Source: Caldisericaceae bacterium (lineage in GTDB: Bacteria; Caldisericota; Caldisericia; Caldisericales; Caldisericaceae). Taken from it: 64,000 nucleotides of DNA. The notes beneath the pieces were generated by a model. The model did not search any database. It was not told the origin of the DNA and was given only the letters and a program-made list of their open reading frames with translations. The position numbers and the translations under genes are program-made. This document shows, one piece after another, positions 52,265 to 61,192 of this stretch (within the stretch, counting starts at the first letter, position 1; every line of letters begins with the position of its first letter). The DNA is taken from positions 3,645 to 67,644 of the forward strand of contig JALVXB010000001.1 of the NCBI GenBank assembly GCA_027023025.1, given 5' to 3'.

Positions 52265-53608
52265 CTACTCAGGCTTAACTAAAAGCAGCGTCCAGAAACC
52301 TTTTAGCCTTTCTGCTTTTCCGGGGTAGTCAAATTTCGGGATAGGGAAGAAGAGGTCGTATTCGTACTTCGGCACGAGGAAAGTGCCAGAGTGGTAGAAG
52401 TCGTTACTTACGATAGGCCCGGTGCTTATCGCTCTGCCTTCCTTATAACTGTAAAAGTAGTGCGCTTCTGTGCCTTTCCCCGTTATGTAGTATGCAAAGC
52501 CTTCGTTAGCCGCAAGCGCAACGCCTACATATTCGTCGGATTCTGTAAACTTTTTAATGTGGACGAAGCAGCGCAGAGTTTTCTTTTTTGTATCCAGAAT
52601 CCAGATGTCGTAAGAACCGTCTTCCGGGTAAGCAATCAGCGCAACCTTTCCGTTTACTGCATCTGCGATACTGAAGTTAAACTCTTCTGGAACGAGCACC
52701 GTTTCTGAGTGGCTGCTGAGGTTTACCTCTACCACTTCGCCTGGGCCTTTACCGTCGGGTTTCTTTTTATTTGTGTACACCACGCCGTCGTACTCGGATG
52801 CGCCGTAGTATTGATGTGTGCTGCTCGAAACAACGGGCAAAAGCGTCCTGCTTTTCAGGTCGTACACTGATATGCCACTTTCCGTATTGCCGTTTTTCTC
52901 TCTGGTGTACCACAAACAGAGTTCGTCGGGGTCGTCAGGGAAGAAACGAGAAGCAGGCTCCTCAGCACCGTAGTCTGTATAGGAGAGTACTTTGAAGGTG
53001 TTTCCTGTGCGTATGTCGTACGCCCAGAGCGTCCAGTCAGTACAGGCAGAGCTGGAAGAAGCATTCCACACGACGAAGTCTTTCGACACTTTTCCTTCCT
53101 GGTTTTGAGGCATAGGCCCGCTTCTGGGTGCTTTGTCCAGAGTAGCAACGAGGGTATAGTCAGAAGGTGTTAACTCTTTTGGAAGTTTGCCGTTTGCATT
53201 TTTCCGCTCGTAGAGTTTCAGCACACCTACTTTGCCGTCCACATCCTGCTGGAGTATGTAGTTTTTCGTAAAGCAGTAAGGCCCAGAAGTATACCACTTG
53301 AGTGAGCCAATAATCCAATTGTTCGGGATGTTCCTCTCCACGGGAAAGGTGTACGGCTTTTTAGGCTGGGGCATATTGGCAAAGGTTACGGCAGGTGCAT
53401 ACTCCACCGTGATGCCTTTTTTTGCGAAGTACTCCGAAAGGCTTTTTACATAAGCGGGCGCACTCTGCGTGCTTTTGCCGTTCTGCATGCTTTTACCGCT
53501 GGGCTGAGAAACATTGCACCCTGCTGAAAGGACGAGTGCAAGCAAGAGCAGCACAACCGTTAAAAGTTTGTACTTTTCTTTTGTAATTTTTAAATACGCG
53601 TTTTTCAC
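52265..53608 (-). CDS. hypothetical lipoprotein, beta-propeller-like
   Basis: GTG start with AAGGAGG 6 nt upstream. The signal peptide ends LALVLSAGC. The rest is beta-rich with no motif recognised. Confidence 0.55.
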   Translation of the reverse strand: MKNAYLKITKEKYKLLTVVLLLLALVLSAGCNVSQPSGKSMQNGKSTQSAPAYVKSLSEYFAKKGITVEYAPAVTFANMPQPKKPYTFPVERNIPNNWIIGSLKWYTSGPYCFTKNYILQQDVDGKVGVLKLYERKNANGKLPKELTPSDYTLVATLDKAPRSGPMPQNQEGKVSKDFVVWNASSSSACTDWTLWAYDIRTGNTFKVLSYTDYGAEEPASRFFPDDPDELCLWYTREKNGNTESGISVYDLKSRTLLPVVSSSTHQYYGASEYDGVVYTNKKKPDGKGPGEVVEVNLSSHSETVLVPEEFNFSIADAVNGKVALIAYPEDGSYDIWILDTKKKTLRCFVHIKKFTESDEYVGVALAANEGFAYYITGKGTEAHYFYSYKEGRAISTGPIVSNDFYHSGTFLVPKYEYDLFFPIPKFDYPGKAERLKGFWTLLLVKPE

Positions 53609-53642
53609 TTTTTGCCTCCTTGCGTTATGCGTAAATTTTTAA

Positions 53643-54509
53643 TTATCCGCTGTGAGCCCTGAGAATTGCGCCGTCAAAGATAAAAAGCAGCAGCACCGTA
53701 AAAACTACTACATCAGTTATCCCCGAAATTCTCACCTGAAATGCAAGCGAGTTGTTGTCTCCTATGCTTACGGCGTACCTGTTCCAACCTCTGAGCAGCA
53801 AAATATAAGTTAGGGATAAAAGCGCTGGAATCAGAGAAATCAGCAGAGAATAAGCAAAGTGCCGTGCGGAGAAAACGGCGCTTTTCAGAAACCCGCTCAA
53901 AAATTTTTCTTTTGTAACAAAGTAAGGTGAATACATAAACAGTACAAAAAACAAAAACACAGCAATGTCTACAAAGTCTTCCACATAAAACAGGAAAGCG
54001 GGCATAGGGCCTGTGCCCTTCATCACTCTGATAAAGAAGTCGTTTGCCGCTGTTAATGTAAGCGTAGCTATAAACACCAGCAGGACGACGGCAAAGAATG
54101 GCTTGCCCTTTGCTTTCGTAATCCTGTTTGCCTCACTTCCTGCTATAAAGAGCGGCACATCCGTCAGCGTAAAAAGGAGAAAAGAAAATAACTCCGTCCG
54201 CCTGAAAGAAGTTTGTTTTCCAAACAGCATAAACGGCAAAAGTAAAATGATAAAAACGGCATAAGGCGCAAGCGTATTATTTTTTCTTAGCGCATCAAAA
54301 GCAGCAAGCGCAAGTAGGGTAATAACGGCCAATGCGATTGAACTTTTTATGCCGTAGTAAATCCCGATAGGAATAAACGAGATGCAAGAAATAGCAACGG
54401 CGATTAAAAGTTTAGCTACTGCATCAATACTAAAAACTCCTTTCAAAAGCGCAAGCAGAATTGAGTTTCCAGAGTTTTCGTCCACTACCAACCTCGTGCT
54501 CTTTCTCAA
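53643..54509 (-). CDS. hypothetical polytopic membrane protein
   Basis: 288 aa with about 8 hydrophobic helices. The start codon is uncertain (the track uses TTG directly after the upstream stop). Confidence 0.5.
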   Translation of the reverse strand: MRKSTRLVVDENSGNSILLALLKGVFSIDAVAKLLIAVAISCISFIPIGIYYGIKSSIALAVITLLALAAFDALRKNNTLAPYAVFIILLLPFMLFGKQTSFRRTELFSFLLFTLTDVPLFIAGSEANRITKAKGKPFFAVVLLVFIATLTLTAANDFFIRVMKGTGPMPAFLFYVEDFVDIAVFLFFVLFMYSPYFVTKEKFLSGFLKSAVFSARHFAYSLLISLIPALLSLTYILLLRGWNRYAVSIGDNNSLAFQVRISGITDVVVFTVLLLFIFDGAILRAHSG

Positions 54510-55379
54510 TTAAGGAAACGCAATCCTCTGCGGGGTGCTATGCAATAAGTTGTTTAAAAAGTCCTGTACTAATGCTCCTCGTGCATAAAAAACATCCATA
54601 CCCGTGCCTTTAACGGTTACTTCCTGCACATCGTACAGATAAATCGTGTTATCTGCTACGGTAGGATGCCCTTCAAAGAGTGTTGCAAGGCCTACATTGT
54701 TGATATTGAGGGACTTTTTGCGCACCGTAATTGGAGGTGCAACGCTTGCTTCAACTTCAGCCTTTGCAAATAAACCGGTCGGCATAACGAGCGCGCCGCA
54801 GTAGTAATTACCTCCTGCTTTACCTGTGCCTTTGTAAGGAATCTCAGTAAACACGAATTTTACTTTTTGCGCCTTTCCTTTTGTCTGAATAATACTTGAA
54901 TAGCATACCACGCTCCCGTTGGCAAACCTCAATGGTTTTATCGTTACCTCGCTCCTTCCTTTTGATGCACTTTGCAGTATTTTCTCTGCAACGCTCTTTG
55001 CCAGTTCCTCCTCGTTAACGGTGCCGTTTGTGTGTAAAACGAGTTCTATCGCACTTCCGCTAAATGCTTTCCCAATTGAATAAACTTTTATAATTCTGTT
55101 TTCGAGTAACTGCTTTGCAAGAGCTTCGTCCTTTGCCTGTTCAGACGAAAAGTATGCGTTCCCACTATTGCCTGACGGAAGCACGGTAACTGCAGGATTT
55201 TCTGCAACAAAGCTCCAGAAAACCCAGAAAGCAATTACAGCGATGATAATAAAAATCACCGTAAAGAAAATCACCTTTGACTTTTTGCTCCACTTCTTAA
55301 AGTGCTTTGCAGTAAAAGAAAGAAATGCAAGGTACTTAAATTCGTCCATTCTCTGGTCAGAACCTGGTATTGGATACAT
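54510..55379 (-). CDS. hypothetical single-pass membrane protein with extracytoplasmic domain
   Basis: RBS GGAGG lies 5 nt before ATG 55379. The TM helix is VIFFTVIFIIIAVIAFWVFWSFV. Confidence 0.5.
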   Translation of the reverse strand: MYPIPGSDQRMDEFKYLAFLSFTAKHFKKWSKKSKVIFFTVIFIIIAVIAFWVFWSFVAENPAVTVLPSGNSGNAYFSSEQAKDEALAKQLLENRIIKVYSIGKAFSGSAIELVLHTNGTVNEEELAKSVAEKILQSASKGRSEVTIKPLRFANGSVVCYSSIIQTKGKAQKVKFVFTEIPYKGTGKAGGNYYCGALVMPTGLFAKAEVEASVAPPITVRKKSLNINNVGLATLFEGHPTVADNTIYLYDVQEVTVKGTGMDVFYARGALVQDFLNNLLHSTPQRIAFP

Positions 55380-55461
55380 ACTTACCTCCTTTCAACTTTA
55401 CTTTATTTTTCAATTTTGCCGTAGCCCAAATTTATCGATGTAGTTTTTACCTACACAAAAG

Positions 55462-55776
55462 TCACAGCGGAAACAGAAGCGAAGTCAATATAACGGCAAG
55501 GTCAAGCACGAGTGGTGTAGTTGCGAGTAGTGTAGTTTTTACTTTTTCGTTATTTTTGTTAATCAGGAACAGTACCACTTTTATCAGGAATACGCCGAGA
55601 TATAGAAGTGCGGATACCTTTAAAACGGAAGATGCAGTGTACACAAAGGGCTGGTTCAACTTTGTAACCCTTAAGAAGTGGCCGAACAGAAAGTACAGAA
55701 TAATTGAAACCATAACAGAAACGCACAAACCTGCAAGAATCCAGTCAATCTTTAGTTTTTCTATACTTTTTTCCAT
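55462..55776 (-). CDS. hypothetical small membrane protein (3 TM)
   Basis: GGAGG lies 5 nt before ATG 55776 (Met5 of the track ORF, whose first codon is GTG and contains the SD). Confidence 0.5.
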   Translation of the reverse strand: MEKSIEKLKIDWILAGLCVSVMVSIILYFLFGHFLRVTKLNQPFVYTASSVLKVSALLYLGVFLIKVVLFLINKNNEKVKTTLLATTPLVLDLAVILTSLLFPL

Positions 55777-55853
55777 TTTCGCCTCCACTATTTGTACTTA
55801 CATCCTAACATATTCTTAAATTAAGTCCAGCAAAAATTTGTCAAAAATTTTTC

Positions 55854-55940
55854 TCTACTATACAATAGACGGAAAACTCGACAAAAAGTTCCGCGATTTT
55901 GGAAGAATTTTGCAAGATTTTTTAAAAAAGTTTACAAAAG
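55854..55940 (-). repeat. family-B repeat module, copy 4 (reverse orientation)
   Basis: The reverse complement reads CTTTTGTAAACTTTTTTAAAAAATCTTGCAAAATTCTTCCAAAATCGCGGAACTTTTTGTCGAGTTTTCCGTCTATTGTATAGTAGA. Confidence 0.85.
55868..55892 (-). promoter_or_regulatory. ECF-sigma-type promoter candidate GGAAC-N16-CGTC
   Basis: GGAAC is the reverse complement of 55888-55892, followed by a 16-nt spacer. CGTC is the reverse complement of 55868-55871. It lies 92 nt upstream of ATG 55776. Confidence 0.55.
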
Positions 55941-56059
55941 GGTGTAACACAGATAAAGAAACTTATTTATAGCAGGGTTTTTCCCGTGTAAAAAACTTCC
56001 CAGTGAATTGCGTTCTGGATCGCAAAAAGTTCTCGTAAAGAAAGACTTAATGCGGAGCA

Positions 56060-56094
56060 TTTAAGGCAGAGATTCTGCGCTGTGCTCAGAGTGA
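56060..56094 (-). repeat. family-A repeat, reverse orientation
   Basis: TTAAGGCAGAGATTCTGCGCTGTGCTCAGAGTGAC. Confidence 0.85.
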
Positions 56095-56143
56095 CTTGCA
56101 TAGTGAGGATCGTGTAGATAGAGATGCTCCTACAAAATGTATT

Positions 56144-56207
56144 GAACGGCCTTATTTTTAATTATTTTAAGGGATGTAAAAATTGCAATAAAGCCTGTAT
56201 TTATAAG
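56144..56207 (+). repeat. family-E repeat, second copy
   Basis: AACGGCCTTATTTTTAATTATTTTAAGGGATGTAAAAATTGCAATAAAGCCTGTATTTATAAGG matches 14019-14073. Confidence 0.7.
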
Positions 56208-56268
56208 GTATTATTAAATATAGTTTAATGATTGTGGAAAGGTCCTGGAGCTACTTGCAGGGCTTATT

Positions 56269-56549
56269 TTATTTATAGATATCACCTCTACTACCAATTT
56301 TTACGATAAGGATTAAAAGTTTTTCCTGTTCGAAAAGGTATATTATTCTTATACTTCCTACTCTTATCCTGCGTAACTCTTTAAGTTCTCCCGAAAGGGG
56401 TTTTCCTGCAAGAGGATTCTCTACGAGCGATTCTACTGCTTTAATAGTATTCATAATATTCTTTCTAATATTTTTTGGTATGATTTAGCGGTTTTGACGG
56501 CACTCTTTTTCCACTCAATCTGATAAGATTTCTTTCTTTGCTTCTTCAT
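56269..56549 (-). pseudogene. RelE/ParE-family toxin interrupted by a -1 shift in an A6 run
   Basis: Frame A from ATG 56549 gives [32 protein letters not shown] then stop. Frame B (the track ORF) gives [61 protein letters not shown]. One extra A in the run (plus-strand T6 at 56471-56476) yields a canonical 93-aa RelE. Confidence 0.75.
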
Positions 56550-56739
56550 GGCTGATTACGGCATCTCTTTTATCAACGAGAATTCTTTTTGCTTCTTCGA
56601 TGTCGTAAAGTTCCTCCAGATAGTTTTCAAGAACTTCTCTAATTACCCAGTTCTTCGAACGCTTCAACTTTTTGGATACTGTTTCTATTTCTTTAATTAA
56701 TTTTTCATCGAACCTTACTGTTAGCACTTTGCTTCCCAT
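56515..56739 (-). CDS. ribbon-helix-helix (CopG/RelB-like) antitoxin
   Basis: RBS GGAGGTGG precedes ATG 56739 (Met13 of the track ORF). The RHH opening is KVLTVRFDEKLIKEIETVSKKLKRSKNWVIREVLENYL. Confidence 0.75.
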   Translation of the reverse strand: MGSKVLTVRFDEKLIKEIETVSKKLKRSKNWVIREVLENYLEELYDIEEAKRILVDKRDAVISHEEAKKEILSD

Positions 56740-56837
56740 TAAAACCACCTCCATTTGTATTATATTATAATACAAAGTAATCTAAATGGAAAATATAACT
56801 TCATTGTTTGATTTTCGGATGTTATTTCCGCTAAACT

Positions 56838-58037
56838 TTATATAACTCCGAGTTTTTTGCCTGCCTTTTCGAAGATTTCCAGCGCGCGGTCGATTTGCTC
56901 TTCCGTGTGGGTTGCAATGTAACTCGTCCTGAGCAGCGACTCCGTCGGTGGCACGGCAGGCGGCAGCACGGGGTTGCAGTAAACACCGTTATCAAACAGC
57001 TCTTTCCACATCAGAACGGTTTTCATCCTGTCGCGTATGTAAACGGGGATAATCGGCGTGTTGCTCGTGCCCACATCAAAACCTAACTGCTTCAGCCCGT
57101 TCCTCATTCTGTCTGCGATTTTCCAGAGGTGCTCTATGCGTTCGGGCTCGCTTTTTATAACTTCCAGAGCGGCAATTGCAGCACCCGTGTTTGCTGGTGA
57201 CATACTTGCGCTGAAAATAAACGAGCGCGCAGTATGCTTTACATAAAAGATTACATCTTCGTTGCCAGCGATAAATCCGCCCAGACTTGCAAACGACTTG
57301 CTGAATGTGCCCATAATGATGTCCGTCTCTTTGTCCATGTGGAAGTAGTTAGAAGTGCCGCGTCCATTTTCCCCGAGCACGCCAATTGAGTGCGCATCGT
57401 CCACCATAACGCGCACGCCAAATTCCTTTGCGATTTTCATAATTTCAGGTAGAGGCGCAATGTCGCCCGCCATTGAGTAAACGCCGTCGATTATTAGGAG
57501 CTTGCCCGCATCTTTTGGTGCACTTTCCAGCACGCGGCGGAGGTCTGCCATATCGTTGTGCTTGAAGCGGAGCATTCGTCCGTAGGACATCCGCACTCCG
57601 TCAATGATTGATGCGTGGTCTTCTCTGTCTGTTATTGCGATGTCGTTTCGCCCTATCAATGAGGAAATCGTCCCGACATTTGCCTGATATCCTGTGGAGA
57701 AAACGATGCACGCCTCTCTGTGGAGGAATTCTGCAAGTTTGTCCTCTAATTCTCTGTGGATTTTCAGAGTGCCGTTCATAAAACGCGAACCGGTTGAACT
57801 CGTGCCGTATTTTTTAACTGCTTCTATTGCAGCTTCTTTTACCTTTGGGTGGGTGGTGAGCCCTAAATAGTTGTTAGAGCCCAGCATAATGAGCTTTCGC
57901 CCGTTTATTTTTACTTCCGTCCCTTCCGTCTCTTCAAGCGGCAGGAAAAATGGGTATATGCCTGCTTTTATTGCTTCGCGCGCTTCCACTACAAGGCGCG
58001 CCTTGCTTAAATCTCTAAATTTATCGAAAATATCCAT
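56838..58037 (-). CDS. PLP-dependent alpha-oxoamine synthase (BioF/Kbl/serine palmitoyltransferase family)
   Basis: Motifs are GSNNYLGL, GSRFMNGT, DDAHS and the PLP-lysine context GTFSKSFASLGG. I chose ATG 58037, with GAGG 5 nt upstream. Confidence 0.8.
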   Translation of the reverse strand: MDIFDKFRDLSKARLVVEAREAIKAGIYPFFLPLEETEGTEVKINGRKLIMLGSNNYLGLTTHPKVKEAAIEAVKKYGTSSTGSRFMNGTLKIHRELEDKLAEFLHREACIVFSTGYQANVGTISSLIGRNDIAITDREDHASIIDGVRMSYGRMLRFKHNDMADLRRVLESAPKDAGKLLIIDGVYSMAGDIAPLPEIMKIAKEFGVRVMVDDAHSIGVLGENGRGTSNYFHMDKETDIIMGTFSKSFASLGGFIAGNEDVIFYVKHTARSFIFSASMSPANTGAAIAALEVIKSEPERIEHLWKIADRMRNGLKQLGFDVGTSNTPIIPVYIRDRMKTVLMWKELFDNGVYCNPVLPPAVPPTESLLRTSYIATHTEEQIDRALEIFEKAGKKLGVI

Positions 58038-58205
58038 ACACACCTCTTTTCACTAAATCTTTCACATTTTACTATTTTACAGTTTATTTCCAAGCAGTTT
58101 TGCAACTTTTAGGGAGAAGGGTGAGGGTTGGCAGGTGAGAGGAAAAGTTTTAGGGATAGCAAAATCAATTTTAGTTCCAACTTTTTATAGAATAAAGGTA
58201 AGTTC

Positions 58206-58526
58206 TTAAGGCAGAGGCGTTTCGCTTCGCTCAACACGACACACCTAGGAGGGAAAGGTGGTTAAGGCAGAGATTCTTCACTCGCAAGCTCCTTCAGAAG
58301 GACGGGTTTTCTGTCGTCCTCGAGCGAGCGTCAGCGAGCGAAGGACCTTACCTTGGAAAGGACACGAAGTTTCCTTTCTAGCTTTTCTTTCTGTGGAGTT
58401 GGAAAATGAATTGGCAGGTAAGTTACAAAAATACCTTTCTGCACACTAAAGGGTAAAATTTCTGCTGCACTTTTTCAAAGGTAAGATAGTTAGGGCAGAG
58501 ACTCTTCGCTCCGCTCAGAGTGGCAC
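58206..58526 (-). repeat. composite repeat in reverse orientation (A, A variant with insertion, module C, T-rich module, A)
   Basis: An A copy is at 58206-58240. The A variant at 58261-58303 is the reverse complement of the 8372-8413 subtype. Module C is at 58313-58374. Another A copy is at 58489-58526. Confidence 0.85.
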
Positions 58527-59179
58527 AAAAAGCACAGGCATCGTTAAGCAATGAATCTTTTAGTATATCTAAAATACCTGAAAAGGTAAAAGCAATACAA
58601 AAGCACCCTTCGTGAGGCAAGAGGCAGGAAACTTTTAGGCGAGCCCGTTAAAGCAGTGTAAAGGTGTCCGTTACTTCCCTTAAAATACAAGCAAAAACAA
58701 ATTAGCAGGGAGTGAGGTAAAAGATACACTTTAGCAAAACGACTAAAAACTGTAAGGCAAATGCACATTAACAGACATCAGGGCAAAACCTCATCAGCCA
58801 TTGCGCACAAAAAGCCGTTGGGAAGCCTCAGTAGGCGCTTTCCTTAAACCTTTGAAATTTCCGTTTTTGTGATAAACTTATTGTGTATGCATATTAGAGG
58901 GCAACTTTACTTTGTGAATTTTTCCAGTGCCTCTTGCCGTTTCGCGGAGGGCGGGTTTTTTAGTATCCGCCGCAAAACATTCACTTCTTTTACGCCTTTC
59001 GGAGGCATCTATGTTTGAGTACTTTAAAAAGCGTCTGCGTCAAAGTTCATTTTCAGGACAATTAAATACGCAGGTAGCCTGTCACGAAGGTACTTCATAC
59101 GAGTTTTTAAAGATAACGGAAAGCTCAGGAACGCTGGAAAATAAAAACGACTTTTCTAAGGAGGAAACAAAAAGGAAAT

Positions 59180-60253
59180 ATGGAAAAAATTCTGGTAATT
59201 AACCCTGGCTCAACTTCCACGAAAATTGCAATTTTTGACGGAGAAAAGCCTATTTTCGAAAAAACGGTGCGGCACACGAGCGAAGAGCTCAAACAGTTTC
59301 CGCACATTGCAGACCAGTACGAATTTAGAATGAAGAAAATCCTCGAGGCCTTACAAGAGGCGCACTTCTCTCTTGAAGACTTCGATGCATTTGGTGCGCG
59401 TGGAGGATTGCTGCATCCACTTCCCTCGGGCACTTACATCGTAAACGACGACATGCTGAAAGATTTAAAAGAAGCACGCTACGGAGAGCATGCCTCTGCG
59501 CTCGGAGCAATTATCGCAAAGGTTTTTGCAGACAAAACAGGAAAGAAGGCGTACATCGTAGACCCGGTAATCGTAGACGAAATGATTCCCATAGCAAAAA
59601 TTTCCGGGCTGAAAGGCGTCGAGCGAAAGGCAATCTGGCACGCGCTGAACCAGAAAGCAACGGCAAGAAAACTTGCAAAAGACCTGGGCAAAAAGTACGA
59701 AGAAGTAAATCTCGTCATTGCGCACCTCGGAGGTGGAATTTCAGTTGCAGCGCACAGAAAAGGTAAAACAATTGATGTAAATAACGCGCTGAACGGCGAC
59801 GGCCCGTTTTCGCCTGAGCGTGCAGGGGAATTGCCCACCGTGAGCCTTGCAAAGCTCTGCTATTCTGGGAAGTACACATTTGAAGAAATGAAAAAGAACC
59901 TTGCAGGAAGAGGCGGGCTCGTTTCGCACCTTGGCACAAACTCTGCAATTGAGGTGGAAAAACGCATTGCAGAGGGAGACGCGCATGCAAAACTCATATA
60001 CGAGGCGATGGCATACCAGATTGCAAAGTACATCGGGCAGATGGCAGCTGTCCTCGAAGGAAAGGTAGACGCAATCGGCATTACCGGCGGAGTTGCCCAC
60101 TCTGAAATGCTCGTTGACTGGATAAAGGAACGCGTGTCATTCATTGCGCCCGTAAAGGTATATCCCGGTGAAAACGAAATGGAAGCAATCGCGCAGGGCG
60201 TTTTAAGAGTATTGAGAGGAGAAGAAACAGAAAAAGTATATGAAAGAGTTTAA
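59180..60253 (+). CDS. buk: butyrate kinase
   Basis: The N-terminus is KILVINPGSTSTKIAIFDG. Length is 357 aa. HLGGGISV is also present. Confidence 0.9.
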   Translation: MEKILVINPGSTSTKIAIFDGEKPIFEKTVRHTSEELKQFPHIADQYEFRMKKILEALQEAHFSLEDFDAFGARGGLLHPLPSGTYIVNDDMLKDLKEARYGEHASALGAIIAKVFADKTGKKAYIVDPVIVDEMIPIAKISGLKGVERKAIWHALNQKATARKLAKDLGKKYEEVNLVIAHLGGGISVAAHRKGKTIDVNNALNGDGPFSPERAGELPTVSLAKLCYSGKYTFEEMKKNLAGRGGLVSHLGTNSAIEVEKRIAEGDAHAKLIYEAMAYQIAKYIGQMAAVLEGKVDAIGITGGVAHSEMLVDWIKERVSFIAPVKVYPGENEMEAIAQGVLRVLRGEETEKVYERV

Positions 60254-60944
60254 TGTAAAAGAGTTGCTGGACGAAGAATTCCAGATTTTTGTGGGGCGCA
60301 TCGGTTCTGGAAAAACGGAAATTTCAATAAATGTTGCGCTTAAAATGAACGAGCAGGGGATAAAGAACACCCTGTTTGATATGGATATCGTAAAACCTTA
60401 TGTAAGAATCAGGGACATTAAAGGCACTTTGATTGGAAAGTACCACCTTAACATCGTGTCGCCCCCTGATGTAACGCGTATGCTGGACCTTCCGATATTT
60501 CCGAAGTTCATCATCGGTAAACTGATGGAGAAGAATGTGCAGAAAATTTTAGATGTTGGAGGCGACGCGTACGGTGCAGGCTCTATTGCACAGTTCAGGC
60601 CGTACATACCTGAAGGGTCGTACAATCTGTTTTTCATCGTGAATACTTTCAGGCCAGAAACATCCACAAAGGACGAAATTTTGAAGGCAATGGCCGTCGT
60701 GCAGAATGCATCAAAGATGAAAATCACGGGCCTTGTTTTTAACTCAAACCTGCGCTGGGAAACGACAGAAGACGATGTAAAGAAAGGCTTTGAAATCGTA
60801 AAGAGCGTGTCCGAATACACGAAACTTCCCATTGTGTTCGGGTGCGTTGACGAAAAAAATGCGTCTATTGCAGAATCTCTTAACATACCTGTTTTGCCGT
60901 TAAAACTATTTGTGAATCCGCTCCCTCCGCTGGGGGCAAGATAA
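60240..60944 (+). CDS. P-loop NTPase of unknown function (MinD/CooC-like SIMIBI fold suspected)
   Basis: Walker A is GRIGSGKTE. A DVGGDAYGA motif is present. It overlaps the buk stop by 14 nt. Confidence 0.5.
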   Translation: MKEFNVKELLDEEFQIFVGRIGSGKTEISINVALKMNEQGIKNTLFDMDIVKPYVRIRDIKGTLIGKYHLNIVSPPDVTRMLDLPIFPKFIIGKLMEKNVQKILDVGGDAYGAGSIAQFRPYIPEGSYNLFFIVNTFRPETSTKDEILKAMAVVQNASKMKITGLVFNSNLRWETTEDDVKKGFEIVKSVSEYTKLPIVFGCVDEKNASIAESLNIPVLPLKLFVNPLPPLGAR

Positions 60945-60953
60945 GGAGGCGTT

Positions 60954-61181
60954 ATGGAGAAAAAAGTAATTATCAACGAGGAGAGGTGTAAAAGCTGCGG
61001 ACTCTGCGTAAGCGTGTGTCCAAAGCATGTGTTGAGAATCTCTGACAGGATTAACTCAAAAGGTTACCATCCTGCTGAACTGTTTGACAACGAGAACTGT
61101 ATTTCTTGCGGGTTCTGTTACCTGATCTGCCCTGACATGGCAATTGAAGAGGTCAGGCGTCCTGAACCCGTGAAAAAGTAA
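60954..61181 (+). CDS. 2-oxoacid:ferredoxin oxidoreductase delta subunit (2x[4Fe-4S] ferredoxin)
   Basis: Cluster motifs are CKSCGLCVSVCP and CISCGFCYLICP. RBS AAGGAGG. Confidence 0.85.
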   Translation: MEKKVIINEERCKSCGLCVSVCPKHVLRISDRINSKGYHPAELFDNENCISCGFCYLICPDMAIEEVRRPEPVKK

Positions 61182-61192
61182 GGAGGTCGGTT

